From Eledone cirrhosa (taxonomy: Eukaryota): a stretch of DNA of 64,000 nucleotides. The DNA lies in NCBI GenBank assembly GCA_964016885.1, contig OZ024740.1, forward strand, positions 355,384,001 to 355,448,000. Direction: 5' to 3'. The first letter of the stretch is position 1; the number at the start of each line of letters is the position of its first letter. A model generated the notes under the pieces. It did not search any database and was not told the origin of the DNA. It was given only the letters and a program-made list of their open reading frames with translations. Position numbers and translations under genes: made by a program. Shown piece after piece: positions 38,601-52,423 of this stretch.

Positions 38601-39574
38601 ACATACATCATCATAGTCATTTAATGTCCATTTTTCTCTGCTAGTAAAGGCTGAACAGGTTATCACAGACTTAATTGAAGCTAATGAACTCTCAAATGGA
38701 CCAGGAGCCTATATACATACATTTATGCACTCAACAGAGTGCACTGGGTGCATTTTATCATAGCACCAGCACTAGAGATGTTGTCATATTTTTGACACAG
38801 CTGAAGAGTCCTCCTGTTTGCTTGGCAGGTTTTCTACAGCTGGATGCTCTTTCTATCACCAACCACTTTACAGACTGTCAGGGTGCATTTATTAAGCAGA
38901 TCACCAACACTAGAGAGGTGGCCATGTTCTCAACACAGTTAAAAAGTTTTCTTGACCCTTTCTTGGTATGGTTTCTACAGCTAGATGCCATTCTTATCAC
39001 CAACCACCTTACATGGTGTACTGGATGCATTTTTCATGGCACCACCATTAGAAAGGTTGCCATGTCATGACTGAAGGGTCCTCTCTGCCAGTTTTGGCAT
39101 GATTTCTATGGCTGGAAGCCCTTCCTAACACCAGTCACTTTACTGAGTGCACTGAATCAATTTTATCATAATACTCTACCACTTTACAGAGTAGTCTGGG
39201 TATTGGATATATAGCAGAATCAGTAGTGACTAACAATATATCTTATGGAATTTTATAACATTCTAAATTAAATCCTGTCCAGTTTGAATATGCCTTTTCC
39301 CCCTTCCGAGGCCAATAAAATAAGTACAAGACAATGTAATGGGGTTAATATAATTGATTAAATCCTGTAAGTGTTGTGCCACAACATGGCCACAATCCAG
39401 TGACTGAAACCAGGAAAATGATAAACGGGAGAAAAACGTACTACTTTATTGTAGTCATATCTACATTAAAATTACGTTAAATTTATCATATGCTGAGTTC
39501 TAGCATAAATATTTATAATTTAATTACATCGCGAAATGAATGCAAATTAGATTAACTATTTCAGTTATGGTGAA

Positions 39575-39830
39575 GGCAATAGGCTTAGTGGTTAGAAAGT
39601 TGGATTCGCAATCATGAGGTTGTGAGTTCAATTCTCAGACCAGGTGATGCTTTGAGTCCTTAAGGAAGATACTATATTTCACATTGCTCCTTCTGCCAGG
39701 AGTTACAGTCGCTAGATAGTATCAGCAATGGAAACATTGTTTCCTTGGTCCGATTTGACGAGGTCCACCCCACTCAACAAGCGAATGAGGTCTGGAATCT
39801 TGTCAATCAATCAGAGCGAGTGATTTCAGT
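39575..39830 (+). mobile_element. tRNA-derived SINE
   Basis: ggcttagtggttag...gagttcaattctc head. Related copies at ~25503-25720 and ~50882-51145. Confidence 0.7.
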
Positions 39831-40019
39831 TATAATCTACATGCTGTTGTTATAAAAAGATACCCCTGTAGACAGAATCTTAGAGAGAGTTTCTTTATGA
39901 CAAGGAGACAATAATCTCTGAAATACATAAAGGCAATCACTAATGTTTTTTGTGTACAGACTAGAGTGTGGAAATATTTACAGTTCATTCTTTTCACAGC
40001 AAGACTTCTTTGCCCACTT

Positions 40020-41135
40020 ATTTCTGAGACAGAAGTGGGGTAAGAGTTCTCAGGCAAGCCATCCAGCAGATCTTGTCAGAAGCACCCATCTCCAAGCGAA
40101 ACCAGCCGAATTCATAGATGTTATCCAAAAATCTTGTTCGGAGTCTACCCCCTGGCGTCTTACCAGTTGGTTTTGCCTGTAAAATCTGTCCAACGATTCT
40201 TTCTTGAGACATCCTAACCACATGTCTGTAGTATTGGAGCTGTGATCTCTAAATTCAAAGTAGTAGCTCTACCTGGAGTGAATCTCTGATCTCCGATCTA
40301 TGCATTCTGTCAAGTAACGTTACTCCAAAGGCCCTTTGAGGAACCCATTTTGGAGCTAGTATTTGCGATTGTATTTTTAGGTATTTACACAAGGTTCATG
40401 ACAATAGGTAAGTGTTGGCATGAAAACCAAATTGAAGATGGCGAGTTTGGCTTTTACACCCACTTCTCTTCTGATGATGATTGAATGCCGAAACTGATGA
40501 ACTACTGCATCAGCTGTTGCAATTCTTGCATTTAGTTTAGCCTCTTGCCGTCCATCACTCATGAACACGGCCCCCTAGATACTTGAATTTCTCCACCTGC
40601 TTCAGTAGAACTCTTTCCAGCACTAATTTTCATTCCTGCTATGCAGCACTTGGCAGCAAACCTATCAAGTCCATGTCAAAGATCACCTTCTGGTGAGTTA
40701 AGTAATACCATGTTGCTCACAAATTCCAGCCCACTGATCCTATACCCATCAGTTTTGATGTCACTTCCAAACTGGCTGTGCATGACAATCCTGTCCATGA
40801 AGATTATGAACAGGAGAGGTAACAGTACGCACACTAAGAGGTGTCAGACTCTCACATTGGATGGTTTCGAATTAGCATCATTTATCCGAATACAAATACT
40901 TGAGCATTCCTATTGAGTCATCAGGGCAACAAGAAGCTGTCTATTTATACCACACTCCTGGAGAAGTTTGTACAACAGGTACCATGGAATGCAGCCATAT
41001 GCCTTTTTAAAGTCTACAAAATAAGCATACACCACAATTTCTCCAAGGCCTGCCACAGTGTGAATATTTAGTCAGCTGTGCTGCCTCTGGGGCGAAAACC
41101 ACACTCTTTGTCAGCTATCTTGGACTCGACAATAA
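40020..41135 (-). mobile_element. Degraded RTE-clade LINE (family C)
   Basis: Minus-strand FVDF.KAY, PLLFIIFMDRI, PTLTYCHE and HVVRMSQERIV remnants. Confidence 0.8.
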
Positions 41136-42444
41136 CCCTACATCTCGTAGCCTAGTGGTAAGAGTGTTGGACTTACGATCATAATGTCGTTGGTTCGATT
41201 CCTGGGCTACGTGTTCTTGAGCAAAACTTCATTTCACGTTGCTCCAGTATACTCAGCTCAAAATGAGTACCAGCAATAGCTGGAGGTTTAACCCTGCGAT
41301 GGACTGGCGTCCTGTCCAGGGGGAAGTCTTGTACTCTCAGTCGCTTCACGCCATGAAACCGGGATAAGCACCGGTCAAATGAGCCTTCTGGCTTAAGACA
41401 GACTTTAGACTTTTTTTTAGACTTTGCATAGACTTTACGGGGGAAGCTTCACAGGGAGATCCCCCTATAATTAGATCAATCTTTCTTGTCTCCCCTTTTG
41501 AAAATTATCACTCCCAATTTCGACATAATCGTAATTTCTACCTTGGAAAACATATCTTTACAATAATTCATTTTAAAAATTGGCATTAAATCGAACGATC
41601 AGGTAAAAGAGGCTGTCTGGTTAACTATTATTAATGCAGGACAAAAGAGATATTGCGTAATAAATAGAATAGTAAAATAAGGGTATTTAGTAGAAAGATA
41701 AATGATAAAAATTCACCAGTGGAATTTCGTAAAGAAATAAAATACATTTTAAAAAATTTATTTAAAAGATGGAAACTAAGCTATACTTTAACCTTCCACG
41801 TAAAAGATACCGTTGAAAGTCAGTAAAATAAAATTGGCAATTAATTAAATTAATTATCTGTACATATAAGAAATCCAGATTTGAAGGAAATTAAATATTT
41901 TATAAAAAGTATCGATATTAATATAAATTTGTCAAAATAAAAGGAAGAATACAAAGATATACGATGAGGTCGTTAATAGTTAGGTCTAGAGGTGAAGAAA
42001 GGACAACGGGGAAACATTCAGAAAAATTATAATAAATATGTACACTTTTAGTTGAAAATGAAAAAAACTATTGAAAGAAAAACTATTTCATCTTAAAATA
42101 TGTTTGTTATGTTAAGAAAACTTACTGATTCTTCTGACCTTCTCCAAATACAGGACAGGTAAGAGTACACGAGCGAAAATATGAAGTTAAATCTTAGTTT
42201 CGTATTTAAACCTACTGCTAATAAGACAGGAAAAAGTCAAACAAAAGAAGGATTATTGATGTAAATTATTTATTAATTCCTAATTAATAAAATTTAATTT
42301 AATTATATTATAATTTATCTAATAAATTAGGTTCAACACAATTTGACTACTTTGTATTAGTTCGAATGTGACAAAGACCATGGCTTTAGTTGTAATCTGT
42401 CAGTGAACTAATGTTTACGATTTCGTTGTACTAATTTCACTTAC

Positions 42445-42560
42445 GCCACTAATAATCACGAGAAAGGGATCTGCATCACCCTGTCATTTTACCCCATCTC
42501 ACGAAATCAAATTATATGATAGTGTATTCTAAAGCACCCTAAATATCTCGCGGAATAGCT
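42445..42560 (-). promoter_or_regulatory. Candidate UQCRQ non-coding first exon (~42445-42470) and core promoter
   Basis: Minus-strand ccctttctcgtgattattagtggc|gtaagtg gives a pyrimidine-rich start and a strong donor; tctcgcgga motif upstream. The ATG exon begins with an acceptor, so an upstream exon is expected. Confidence 0.5.
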
Positions 42561-43596
42561 ATAAATTTGATCACTTTCTTTAGTTTAGTATTTTTTAAAA
42601 AATATATATATTTTTTTTTAATACGTGCATTTTTTTAAATTTTATTAGCTTTTATACATAAACATATTATGTCAACTATATTTTACAAAAAGAAGTTCTA
42701 CATAGATGGAAATAGGAAAGAAAAAAAGATAAAAACAAAATTGAATAATGAAAAGAATGGGGAGAAGGGCAGATCTGGCTGGATAAGAAAGTAGAGAAAA
42801 GGATTATGAATACCATAAATGAGAGGAAAAGCAAGGGCTATTAGGCCACAGGAGAAAGGGCGGGGAAGGGGAGAGGGTGGCAGGCTTTATGCCTAGGCAG
42901 GGTAGTGTTTCATTTGTGCCCTGAAGTCAAAACAAAGAAGGCATTTCCACAGACAATGATCAGCAACACCCACTGCAACAGCCACCTCACCTCGCAGGGC
43001 TCCTTCCTCAGACTACTGATGTTCTGATTTTATGGAGGAGCTCTGCAGTATGGGGTCCAAGGATGCCTGAGGTCTCAATGGTGACTGGAAGCTCCTTGTG
43101 TGTGATTAAGTGTGCCAGGTCCCCTCTCTCGTTTTCTTTCTTTATTAATCAAGAATTAACCCCACAGTTATCAGCCATTGATATATTTTAAATAAAACTC
43201 GCTAGTTTAGTACCCATACTCATCACCATCATAGAAGAAATTATTGAATTATTGAGTCTCAGTTTCAATCGGGGATAACCACAGTAAGTAAGGAACTCAA
43301 TACAGGAGCTTTCCTGATTATTTCCTTTTTACACTTTAGCATTTACATTACTCTATATTTACTATTGTATTTTCACAGAAAAATTTTACCTCACATAATA
43401 TAGAATCTATGAGATTTTGATATTATTTATTTTGAGAACAATACCTTAACATCAGAATGAGTGGCCAGTTACAACCAGTTTGAACAAAAAGAGATGATAG
43501 AATTCTGGCCGGATATGGCCAGTTTAAATGCTAAAGGGTTAATGAAACAGTTCCATAGAAGACATTTCTATTTGTTATATATATATATATATATAT

Positions 43597-45368
43597 GATG
43601 CCAGTGTACTTAGTGTCACGAAAGATCAGAAAAAGGAGGCCTGGAAATGTCATTATGAGAGACTGATGAATGTGGAGAATGAATGGGAGAGAGAGAAATT
43701 ACCCTCAGTAGATCCAACAAAGGGACCAGCTATTGAGATTGGTGATTAAGGAAATGAAAAATGGTAAGGCTGCTGGACCATCGGGGATAGTTGCTGAGAT
43801 GCTGAAGGCATCAGGGGACGTAGACACTAAACTGGTTGCACGCATCATCAATCAGGCTATATATGGTGGTGTCATACCCAAAGACTGGTGCAGCAGTATT
43901 CTCATAAATTGCTACAAAGGTAAAGGGGATGCTCTGGAGAGGAGCAATTATAGGAGTATAAAACTGATGGATCAGGTTATGAAAGTGGCAGAAAGGATAT
44001 TAGCACAACTAATTAGAGAAAGGGTCAAACTAGATGAGATGCAGTTTGGTTTTGTGCCTGGGAAGAGTACAACAGATGCCCTCATCTTGGTGAGACAATT
44101 GCAAGAGAGGTTCTTAGAGAAAAATAAGCCACTATACTTAGCTTTTGTTGACCTAGAGAAGGCCTTTGATAGGGTACCCTGATCTGTCATCTGGTGGTCC
44201 CTAAGGAAACTAGGTGTTGAGGAATGGCTTGTGAGGACTGCAAACTTTGTACAGAGGTACTCTCAGTAAAGTCAGAGGAGGAATGGAGTTTAGTGAGGAA
44301 TTCCAGATACAAGTAGGAGTACATCAAGGTTTGGTCCTCAGCCCGCTCTTGTTCATTATAGTCCTCCAAGCCATAACAGAGGAGTTTAAGACTGGCTGTC
44401 CATGGGAACTTCTGTATGCTGACGATCTGGTTCTTATAGCAGAATCAGTAAAGGAGCTAGAGAATAAATTCTGGCTATGGAAACAGTGTTGATGAGTAGA
44501 AAAGAGGACAAAACTCTGATTCCGTCAGAGAAATGGCCATGTTCGATATGCAGAAAAGGAACTGGCATAAATTCTATAAAATGCACACAATGCAGGTCCT
44601 GGGTACACAAGAGATGTAGCGGGATAGCAGGCAAACTAACAGGTAGGGAGAAATATGTATACAGTAGATGTACAGGGAAATTAGACAGTAGAAGTCGCAT
44701 TGATAGACACATTTTTCAAATGTAGGCGGGTGATATAGAAGTGGTGGATAGCTTCCGGTACCTAGGAGATCAGATTAGCATGGGGTGGGGTGTTCCGAGG
44801 CCGTAGTATCTACAATAAGGACGGGTTGGAAGAAGTTTAGGGAGCTGCTTCCTCTGCTGACGAAGAAGGGTTTCTCCCTGCGTACGAAAGGCCGCTAATA
44901 TGATGCCTGTGTGAGGAGCACGATGCTGCATAGTAGTGAGACATGGGCAACAACTGCAGAGGATATGCAACAGCTGGAGAGAAATGAGGCAATCATGCTC
45001 CGTTGGATGTGCAGTGTCAATGTGCGTGAACGACCCAGCATGAATGTGTTGAGAGAGAAGCTGTGTCTGAGAGGGATAGAATGTAGTGTGCGAGAGAGGA
45101 GACTGAGGTGGTATGGACATGTGATGCGCATGGAGGATGACCGATGGATGAAGAAGTGCCAGGAAATGCCAGTTGAAGGAAGACGTGGTAGAGGTAGACC
45201 ACGAAAAACATGGGCGGAGATGGTGAGAACAGACCTCAGATCGCTGAAGCTCACGGTGGAGATGACGAAGGACCGTGACAAGTGGAGAGATGCTGTGCTG
45301 AATAAGACCCGTCCCACCCTTGCAAGCAGGGAAGAGCGGACGTAAAATGATGATGACGATGATGATGA
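43597..45368 (+). mobile_element. 5'-truncated RTE LINE (subfamily A)
   Basis: RT motifs FVDLEKAFDRVP, LLYADDLVL and RRLRWYGHVMRM; (ATG)n tail. Confidence 0.95.
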
Positions 45369-46300
45369 TATATAAATATATATGTGTGTGTGTGTGTATA
45401 ATGTAGGGGGGGAGGAGGTGCTCAAAGACAGGAAAATACAATGAAAAAACAAACAATCTATTCTTTTCAGTCAACTCCTAGAAATCTTTAGAGTTTCCGT
45501 GCATTACAGTGGAGACTATTTATTCGATTGTGAAGAAAGCAGACTGTTTATTTTCCATTATTTTTTCTGTTGCATAGAGTTACGCCCTTGCCATTCTGAG
45601 TTCAAATCCTGCCGAGGTTAACTTTGCCTTTCATCCTTACGGGGTCGATAAAATAAAGTACCAGTAATACACTGGGTAATTGCTGGCCTTGTGCCTAACG
45701 TAGAAACAATTATTTTTTCTGTTGTCTTTATCTTGTGTGCCCTCTTTTTTATTATTATCCAATATGGTCTTAGCTACATGGATCTTTTTAACACCAATCT
45801 AAAAGTAGACATTACTCCAGCTGCTTTCTTCCCTCCTTCTTTATTTTCCTGTGCCTTTATTTTTTTTATTTCTGTACTCTTGGTTCCTCTCACCGCTACC
45901 TCATTCCTCTCTGTCACCACTTGTCCTGTGTTCTTTTTTCATGGGACTGCAGTCCAAACTATTATATTTATATCTATTCTGTATGCAGTTCTGTATGCGC
46001 TATCATTGCCCACAACAGGACCACACGTCTAACCCATGCTAGTGTGGAAAATTTGACGTAAAACGATGATGATGATGGTGATGATATATATATATATATA
46101 GTGAAAATAATAGAAAGTTGTGATGTGCATTTCATGATTGAGCAGCTAAAGGTTCAATCTGTATTGATCTGGCCTGACTCTGGAATCAAAAGCTCGTTGG
46201 ACTTCTGTTACTCTCAGCTTAGTTCTACACCAATATACCTACTGGAAACTACACATCGTGTGCTCACTCTGGTGAACCTACAGTAACGGGACTTTACAAT

Positions 46301-46338
<38 letters not shown>

Positions 46339-46391
46339 TTACGACTAAGCTTGGTAGAGCTTATATTCAGCACTATATTTTTGTTTATAAA

Positions 46392-46436
46392 GCTCTGATG
46401 ATTCCTGCCCCATGGTATGGATGAAACATTGTCAGC
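46392..46436 (+). ncRNA. Minimal hammerhead ribozyme
   Basis: gcu CUGAUGA uucc...ggau GAAA cauug UC agc; GUC triplet; lies in a short unit next to (TA)n. Confidence 0.65.
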
Positions 46437-46500
46437 AAATAAAAATTGTATGAGTATGTAGGCGTTCTTTGATTTCTTTTACACATATATATATCTATAT

Positions 46501-48205
46501 ATCATCATCATCATCATTTTACATCGGCTTTTCCCTGCTTGCAAGGGTGGGACAGGTCCTATTCACCACAGCATCTCTCCATCTGTCACGGTCCTTCGTC
46601 ATCTCCACCGTGAGCTTCAGCGATCTGAGGTCTGCTTTCAGCACCTCTGCCCATGTTTTTCGTGGTCTACCTCTACCACGTCTTCCTTCAACTGGCATTT
46701 CCTGGCACTTCTTCACCCATTGGTCATCTTCCATATGCATCACATGTCCATACCATCACAGTCTCCTCTCTCACACACTACAATCTATCCTTCTCAGACA
46801 CAGTTTCTCTTTCAACACATCCATGCTCGGTCGTTCACGCACATTGACAGTGTACATCCAACGGAGCATGTTTGCCTCATTTCTCTCCAGCCATCGCATA
46901 TCCTCTGCAGTTGCTGCCCATGTCTCACTTCCATGCAGCATCACGCTCCTCACACAGGCATCATATAACCGGCCTTTCGTATGCAGAGGAAACAGCTCCC
47001 TAAACTTCTTCCAGCCCGTCCTTATTCTAGATACTATGGTACCGGAAGCTATCAACCACTTCTATAACACCCACCTGCATTTCTAAAATCTGTCTATCAA
47101 TGCAACTTCTACTGTCTAATTTCCCTGTCAGCTACTGCATACGTATTTCTCCCTACCTGTTAGTTTGTCTGCTATCCCACTACATCTCTTGTGTACCCAA
47201 GATCTGCATTGTGAGCATTTTATAGAATTTATGGAAGTTCCTTTTCTGCATATCGAACATGGCCATTTCCCTGATGGAATCAGAGTTTTGTCCTCTTTTC
47301 TACTCATCAACACTTTTGTCTTAGCTAGGTTCACTCTCAGTCCTCTTGATTCCAACTGCTGTTTCCATAGCCAGAATTTATTCTCTAGCTCCTCTACTGA
47401 TTCTGCTATAAGAACCAGATCGTCAGCATACAGAAGTTCCCATGGACAGCCAGTCTTAAACTCCTCTGTTATGGCTTGGAGGACTATAATGAACAAGAGC
47501 GGGCTGAGGACTGAACCCTGATGTACTCCTACTTGTATCTGGAATTCCTCACTAAACTCCATTCCTACCCTGACTTTACTGACAGCACCTCTGTACAAAG
47601 TTTGCACTGTCCTCACAAGCCATTCCTCAACATCTAGTTTCCTTAGAGACCACCAGATGATAGATTGGGGCCTTCTCTAGGTCAACAAAAGCTAAGTATA
47701 GTGGCTTATTCTTCTCTAAGAACCTCTCTTGTAATTGTCTCACCAAGAAGAGGGCATCTGTTGTACTTTTCCCAGGCACAAAACCAAACTGCATCTCATC
47801 TAGTTTGACCCTTTCTCTAATTAGTTGTGCTAATATCCTTTCTGCCACTTTCATAACCTGATCCATCAGTTTTATACCCCTTATAATTGCTCCTCTCCAG
47901 AGCATCCCCTTTACCTTTGTAGCAATTTATGAGAATACTGCTGCACCAGTCTTTGGGTATGACACCGCCATATATAGCTTTATTGATGATGCGTGCAACC
48001 AGTTTAGTGTCTACGTCCCCTGATGCCTTCAGCATCTCAGCAACTATCCCCGACGGTCCAGCGGCCTTACTATTTTTCATTTCCTTAATCGCCTCTTGGA
48101 CCCTATATTCGTTAATCTCAATAGCTGGTCCCTTTGTTGGATCTACTGAGGGTAATTTCTCTCTCTCCCATTCGTTCTCCACATTCATTAGTTTCTCATA
48201 ATGAT
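46501..48205 (-). mobile_element. 5'-truncated RTE LINE (subfamily A), inverted relative to 43597-45368
   Basis: Same RT motifs on the minus strand; (CAT)n at 46501. Confidence 0.95.
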
Positions 48206-48475
48206 ATTTATATATATATATAAACAATTAATTTATTGCAAACGAATCGAATATCATTATTAATATTCGAAAAACTCAGATTACATTTATACATATATAT
48301 ATATGTATATAAACACATATGTGCATATATTTCATACAATTAGATAACTTACAAAAATATATACTCAGACAAGACTAAACACATGCACACATACAAACAT
48401 ATAGATAAATACACGTATGTGGAGTCTTACACCCACGTTCACATTGTTAAACTTCATATATAGATATATATATTA

Positions 48476-50305
48476 GAGTAACTATAGAGGCATTAAATTA
48501 ATCGACCAGGTCATGAAGGTCACGGAAAAAGTAATAGCGCAACTAATCAGAGAGAGAATTGACCTAGATGAAATGCAGTTTGGGTTTGTGTCAGGCAAAA
48601 GTACCACAGACGCTCTTTTCATAGTACGACAACTACAGGAGAAGTACCTAGCTAAAGGTAAACCCCTCTACTTAGCTTTTGTCGACTTGGAGAAAGCCTT
48701 CGACAGAGTCCCCCGCTCCATTATCTGGTGGGCTCTTAGAAAACTAGGCGTTGACGAATGGCTTGTGAGGGCTATACAAGCCATGTATAAAGAAACAGTC
48801 AGCAAGGTTAGAATTAACAAAGAATATAGTGAAGAGTTTAGCGTAAAAGTTGGCATCCATCAGGGCTCTGTTCTCAGCCCCCTACTATTTATTATTGCCC
48901 TTCAGGCTATAACAGAGGAGTTCAAGACAGGCTGCCCATGGGAACTCCTATACGCAGACGACCTGACACTCATAGCGGACTCAATGGCCGAGCTAGAGAA
49001 GAAATTCCAAACATGGAAGCACGGCCTAGAGTCAAAAGGACTTAAAATTAACCTGGCTAAGACTAAAGTTCTAGTTTGTAGGAAAGAAAACAAGGCGGCG
49101 GTCCCTTCTGGGAAATGGTCGTGCTCGGTGTGTAGGAAAGGTGTAGGTAGAAACTCCATTTTATGTCCTAAATGCAAAGTATGGGTGCATAAAAGATGTA
49201 GTGGGATCACAGGTAAGCTAACTAAGAACATAGATTTTACATGTGGCCGGTGTTCTGGTGCAATAAGTAGCAGCAAGTGCTCACAAAATACTAGCTCTTT
49301 CAATTGCGCAGAGGGTTCTATAGAAATAGTGGACAGCTTCCGTTACCTGGGCGATAAAATCAGCAGTGGGGGAGGGTGCTCTGAAAGTACTGTAGCTAGA
49401 GTCAGAACTGGTTGGAAAAAGTTCAGAGAGCTTATACCACTATTAGCTGCTAAAGGGTTCTCCCTAAAAATGAAAGGCAGGTTGTACGATGCCTGCATAC
49501 GAACAGCAATGCTGCATGGCAGTGAGACCTGGGCATTGTGTGCAGAGGATATACGCAGACTAGAGAGGAACAAAGCTTGCATGCTCCGCTGGATGTGTAA
49601 CAGTAATATACGTGAACGGCAAAGCATAAACGAACTAAGGAAAAAATTAGAGATAAGAGGGATCAGATGTTGTTTACTCGAGAGAAGGCTACGTTGGTAT
49701 GGACACGTGATGCGCATGAAAGTCGATAGCTGTATAACAAAGTGCAGGGCAATAAAGATAGACGGTAGTCACGGAATAGGCAGACCTAGAAAAACCTGGG
49801 ACGAGCTGATAAACTCCGACATCACACACTTACACCTCTCCAAGACAATGTCACTGGACCGAGACCTTTGGCGGTACTCAGTAACAGAGAAGACCCGCCT
49901 TACCTAAATATATAGTAAAACCTACTCCAGCCAGTAGGCATCTCTAACAAAATACACCCCGTCCCACCACCACCACACCCACCCCATCCACACCACCCCG
50001 TTCTATGTAAAGTTATGTTGGTGCCGCGCCATCCAGGCCAAAACAAATGAGATCGTGTAGGTGTCACGACAAAAAACACACAGTCCACGCTGTAATGTGG
50101 CCGTGTAGGCAACACGGTAAAAACCTCCCAGACCCACACTGTAAATGTGGTTGGTGTTAGGAAGGGCATCCAACTGTAGAAAACCTGCCAGACAGTCCTA
50201 TGCGAGCAAGACAATCACTCTTGCCTCAAGTGGGACTACCCCCGTCCAAACCCATGCAAGCGTGGAACACGGACGTTAAACGTTGATGATGATGATGATG
50301 ATGAT
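48476..50305 (+). mobile_element. 5'-truncated RTE LINE (subfamily B) with open 464-aa RT ORF at 48513-49907
   Basis: Uninterrupted ORF with YADD, a Cys-rich insert (CSVC...CPKC...HKRC...CGRC) and GRPRKTW; ~400-bp 3' UTR and (ATG)n tail. Confidence 0.95.
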
Positions 50306-52290
50306 GCATTAACTAGTGGACCTACACTGATGATTGAATGCTGATGCTGATGCACTTCTGCATCAGCTCTTGCAATTCTTGCATTTAATTCAGCCTCATG
50401 CCTTCCATCACTCATGAACGCTGCTCTAAGATAGTTGAATTTCTCCACCTGCTTCAGTGGAACTCCATTCACATGTAGAGTGCACTGCACAGGCTTCTTT
50501 GATGGTAATAACTTTGTACATATATAATTTTTGGAGACCAGGGCTGGTATGCCATATATATATTGATTACTGGATATATGAATAATCATACAAACTGGTA
50601 AATTTGGGTTTTGATAAATTTATGGTTTGCATAAGAGAAAGCCTATAGTTTATATTGATTACTGACATGTGGATGTGATTAAAAATAATAATATTTCATT
50701 AATTCATTTCAGCATATATGTATGAATGACATACATGATTAAATATATGAGTAACTATAGAGAAATAAATATTTACAGAGTCAAATGTAAAGTTAGAACC
50801 CAGGATCTTGTGATTGGAAAGTAAACATCTTATTGTAGCAACATGACAGAGATGAGAAATGTGTTGTGTGTATGTGTATGTAGGCACGTGGCTTAGGGGT
50901 TAGAGAGTTGGATTTGCAATCGTGAGGCTGCGAGTTCAATTCTCAGACCGGGTGATGTGTTGTGCCCTTGAGCAAAACACTTTATTTCATGTTGCTTCTT
51001 CTGCCAGGAGTTGCGACCGGTACATAGTATCAGCAATGGAAAGACCAATGTAAACATAGTTTCCTTGATCCAATTTGATGAGGTCCACCCCACTCAGAAA
51101 GCAGATGAGGTTTGGGATCTCATTGATCAATCAGAGCGGGCAATATGTATGTATGTTTGTGTGTAAATTTTAAGGAAAATATTTAAATATATCTATATAT
51201 ATATAGACACACATGGCATATTATTGGATTTCATGCCCAACAGCTAGATGCCTCAACTTGATTCACTGTTTACAACAATAGACAAACCTTTCCTCTATCT
51301 CTAGGCAATGAACATGGACATTCAAATATTCTAAACGTGTTTGAGGTAATAATAAAAAAAAAATTACTTTTATCATTCTCTTTTTTTAACTTGTTTCAAT
51401 CATTCTACTATGGTCATGGTGGAATACTGCCATCCAGGGATTTAGTTGATCATAGTGACTCTAACCGTCATCATAATATTACAAATATAAAGAGAAAAAA
51501 GAAAGAAGAGGGAAAGGAAAAAAGAAAAAAAATCACACACAAGCAGGTAATACTCACATCAAGGACCACATACAACAAAAGGTAGGTGAAAGAGGTGGAC
51601 AAATGAACCTCTACCAGAGCAAAATATGGCAATATCGCGAGGAGCACTGGGAAACCTCTCTAATTATTTTTGAGGCAAGCCAGCATGCTTGCAGTGTTAC
51701 CTCGGGTGATGGCGAGGCTGATGTGCTGGAACAGAAAATGCTCTCGCTAGCATCACCAATTACCTGAGTTAGGCCAGCCACCAGTAAATAGCCTGACTCC
51801 CCCAAACATCTCAAAAGCCAGTACTTATTCTTAAAAAGTCTGTTGCTTATTTCATTAATCACTACTTATTGAATTGTTATATTACAAGGCATAAACAAAC
51901 AATGAAAATATATATCATTCTTATATTCTTTTAATCTCCCCTCATCCTTAACAGCACTTTTCAACTGCATCTAACTCTTATTTATCATATCTATATGTAT
52001 TAGTATAATTTTATCAATATAAATATACCCATCAATTAAATTAATTTTATATCCTTTTCATAGATGTATTTTTTTTCACTAACATCCTTATCTTAAAACT
52101 CTAGTCACCTTAGATATTTGTATTGGCATTACTATTTTATAACAGTAACTGCTTGTATACCTTCTACTGACCACCTGACCTAGTTTCACCCCTAAAATAA
52201 GTTTCAATTACTACTATTTTACCATTTGGCCAATTATTAACCTTCTATTGGTTAATTCTAAACATCTTACCAAACAGACAGAATATATTT

Positions 52291-52423
52291 GATCTTTGTT
52301 GGTTTTATTCAATGAACAAATAAAATTATTTCTGAGGTCAACATTAAAGTAGAAACAATTATTATATTGGATCTTTGTTGGTTTTATTCAATGAACAAAT
52401 AAAATTATTTCTGAGGTCAACAT
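52291..52423. repeat. 54-bp direct duplication flanking a ~25-bp SINE-tail-like insert
   Basis: 52291-52344 equals 52370-52423; the spacer taaagtagaaacaattatta matches the SINE tail at ~27858. Confidence 0.75.

Noticed and set aside
45691-46032. 113-aa hydrophobic ORF
   Set aside because: Starts inside a SINE tail and runs through T-rich sequence into another SINE tail; no splice or homology support.
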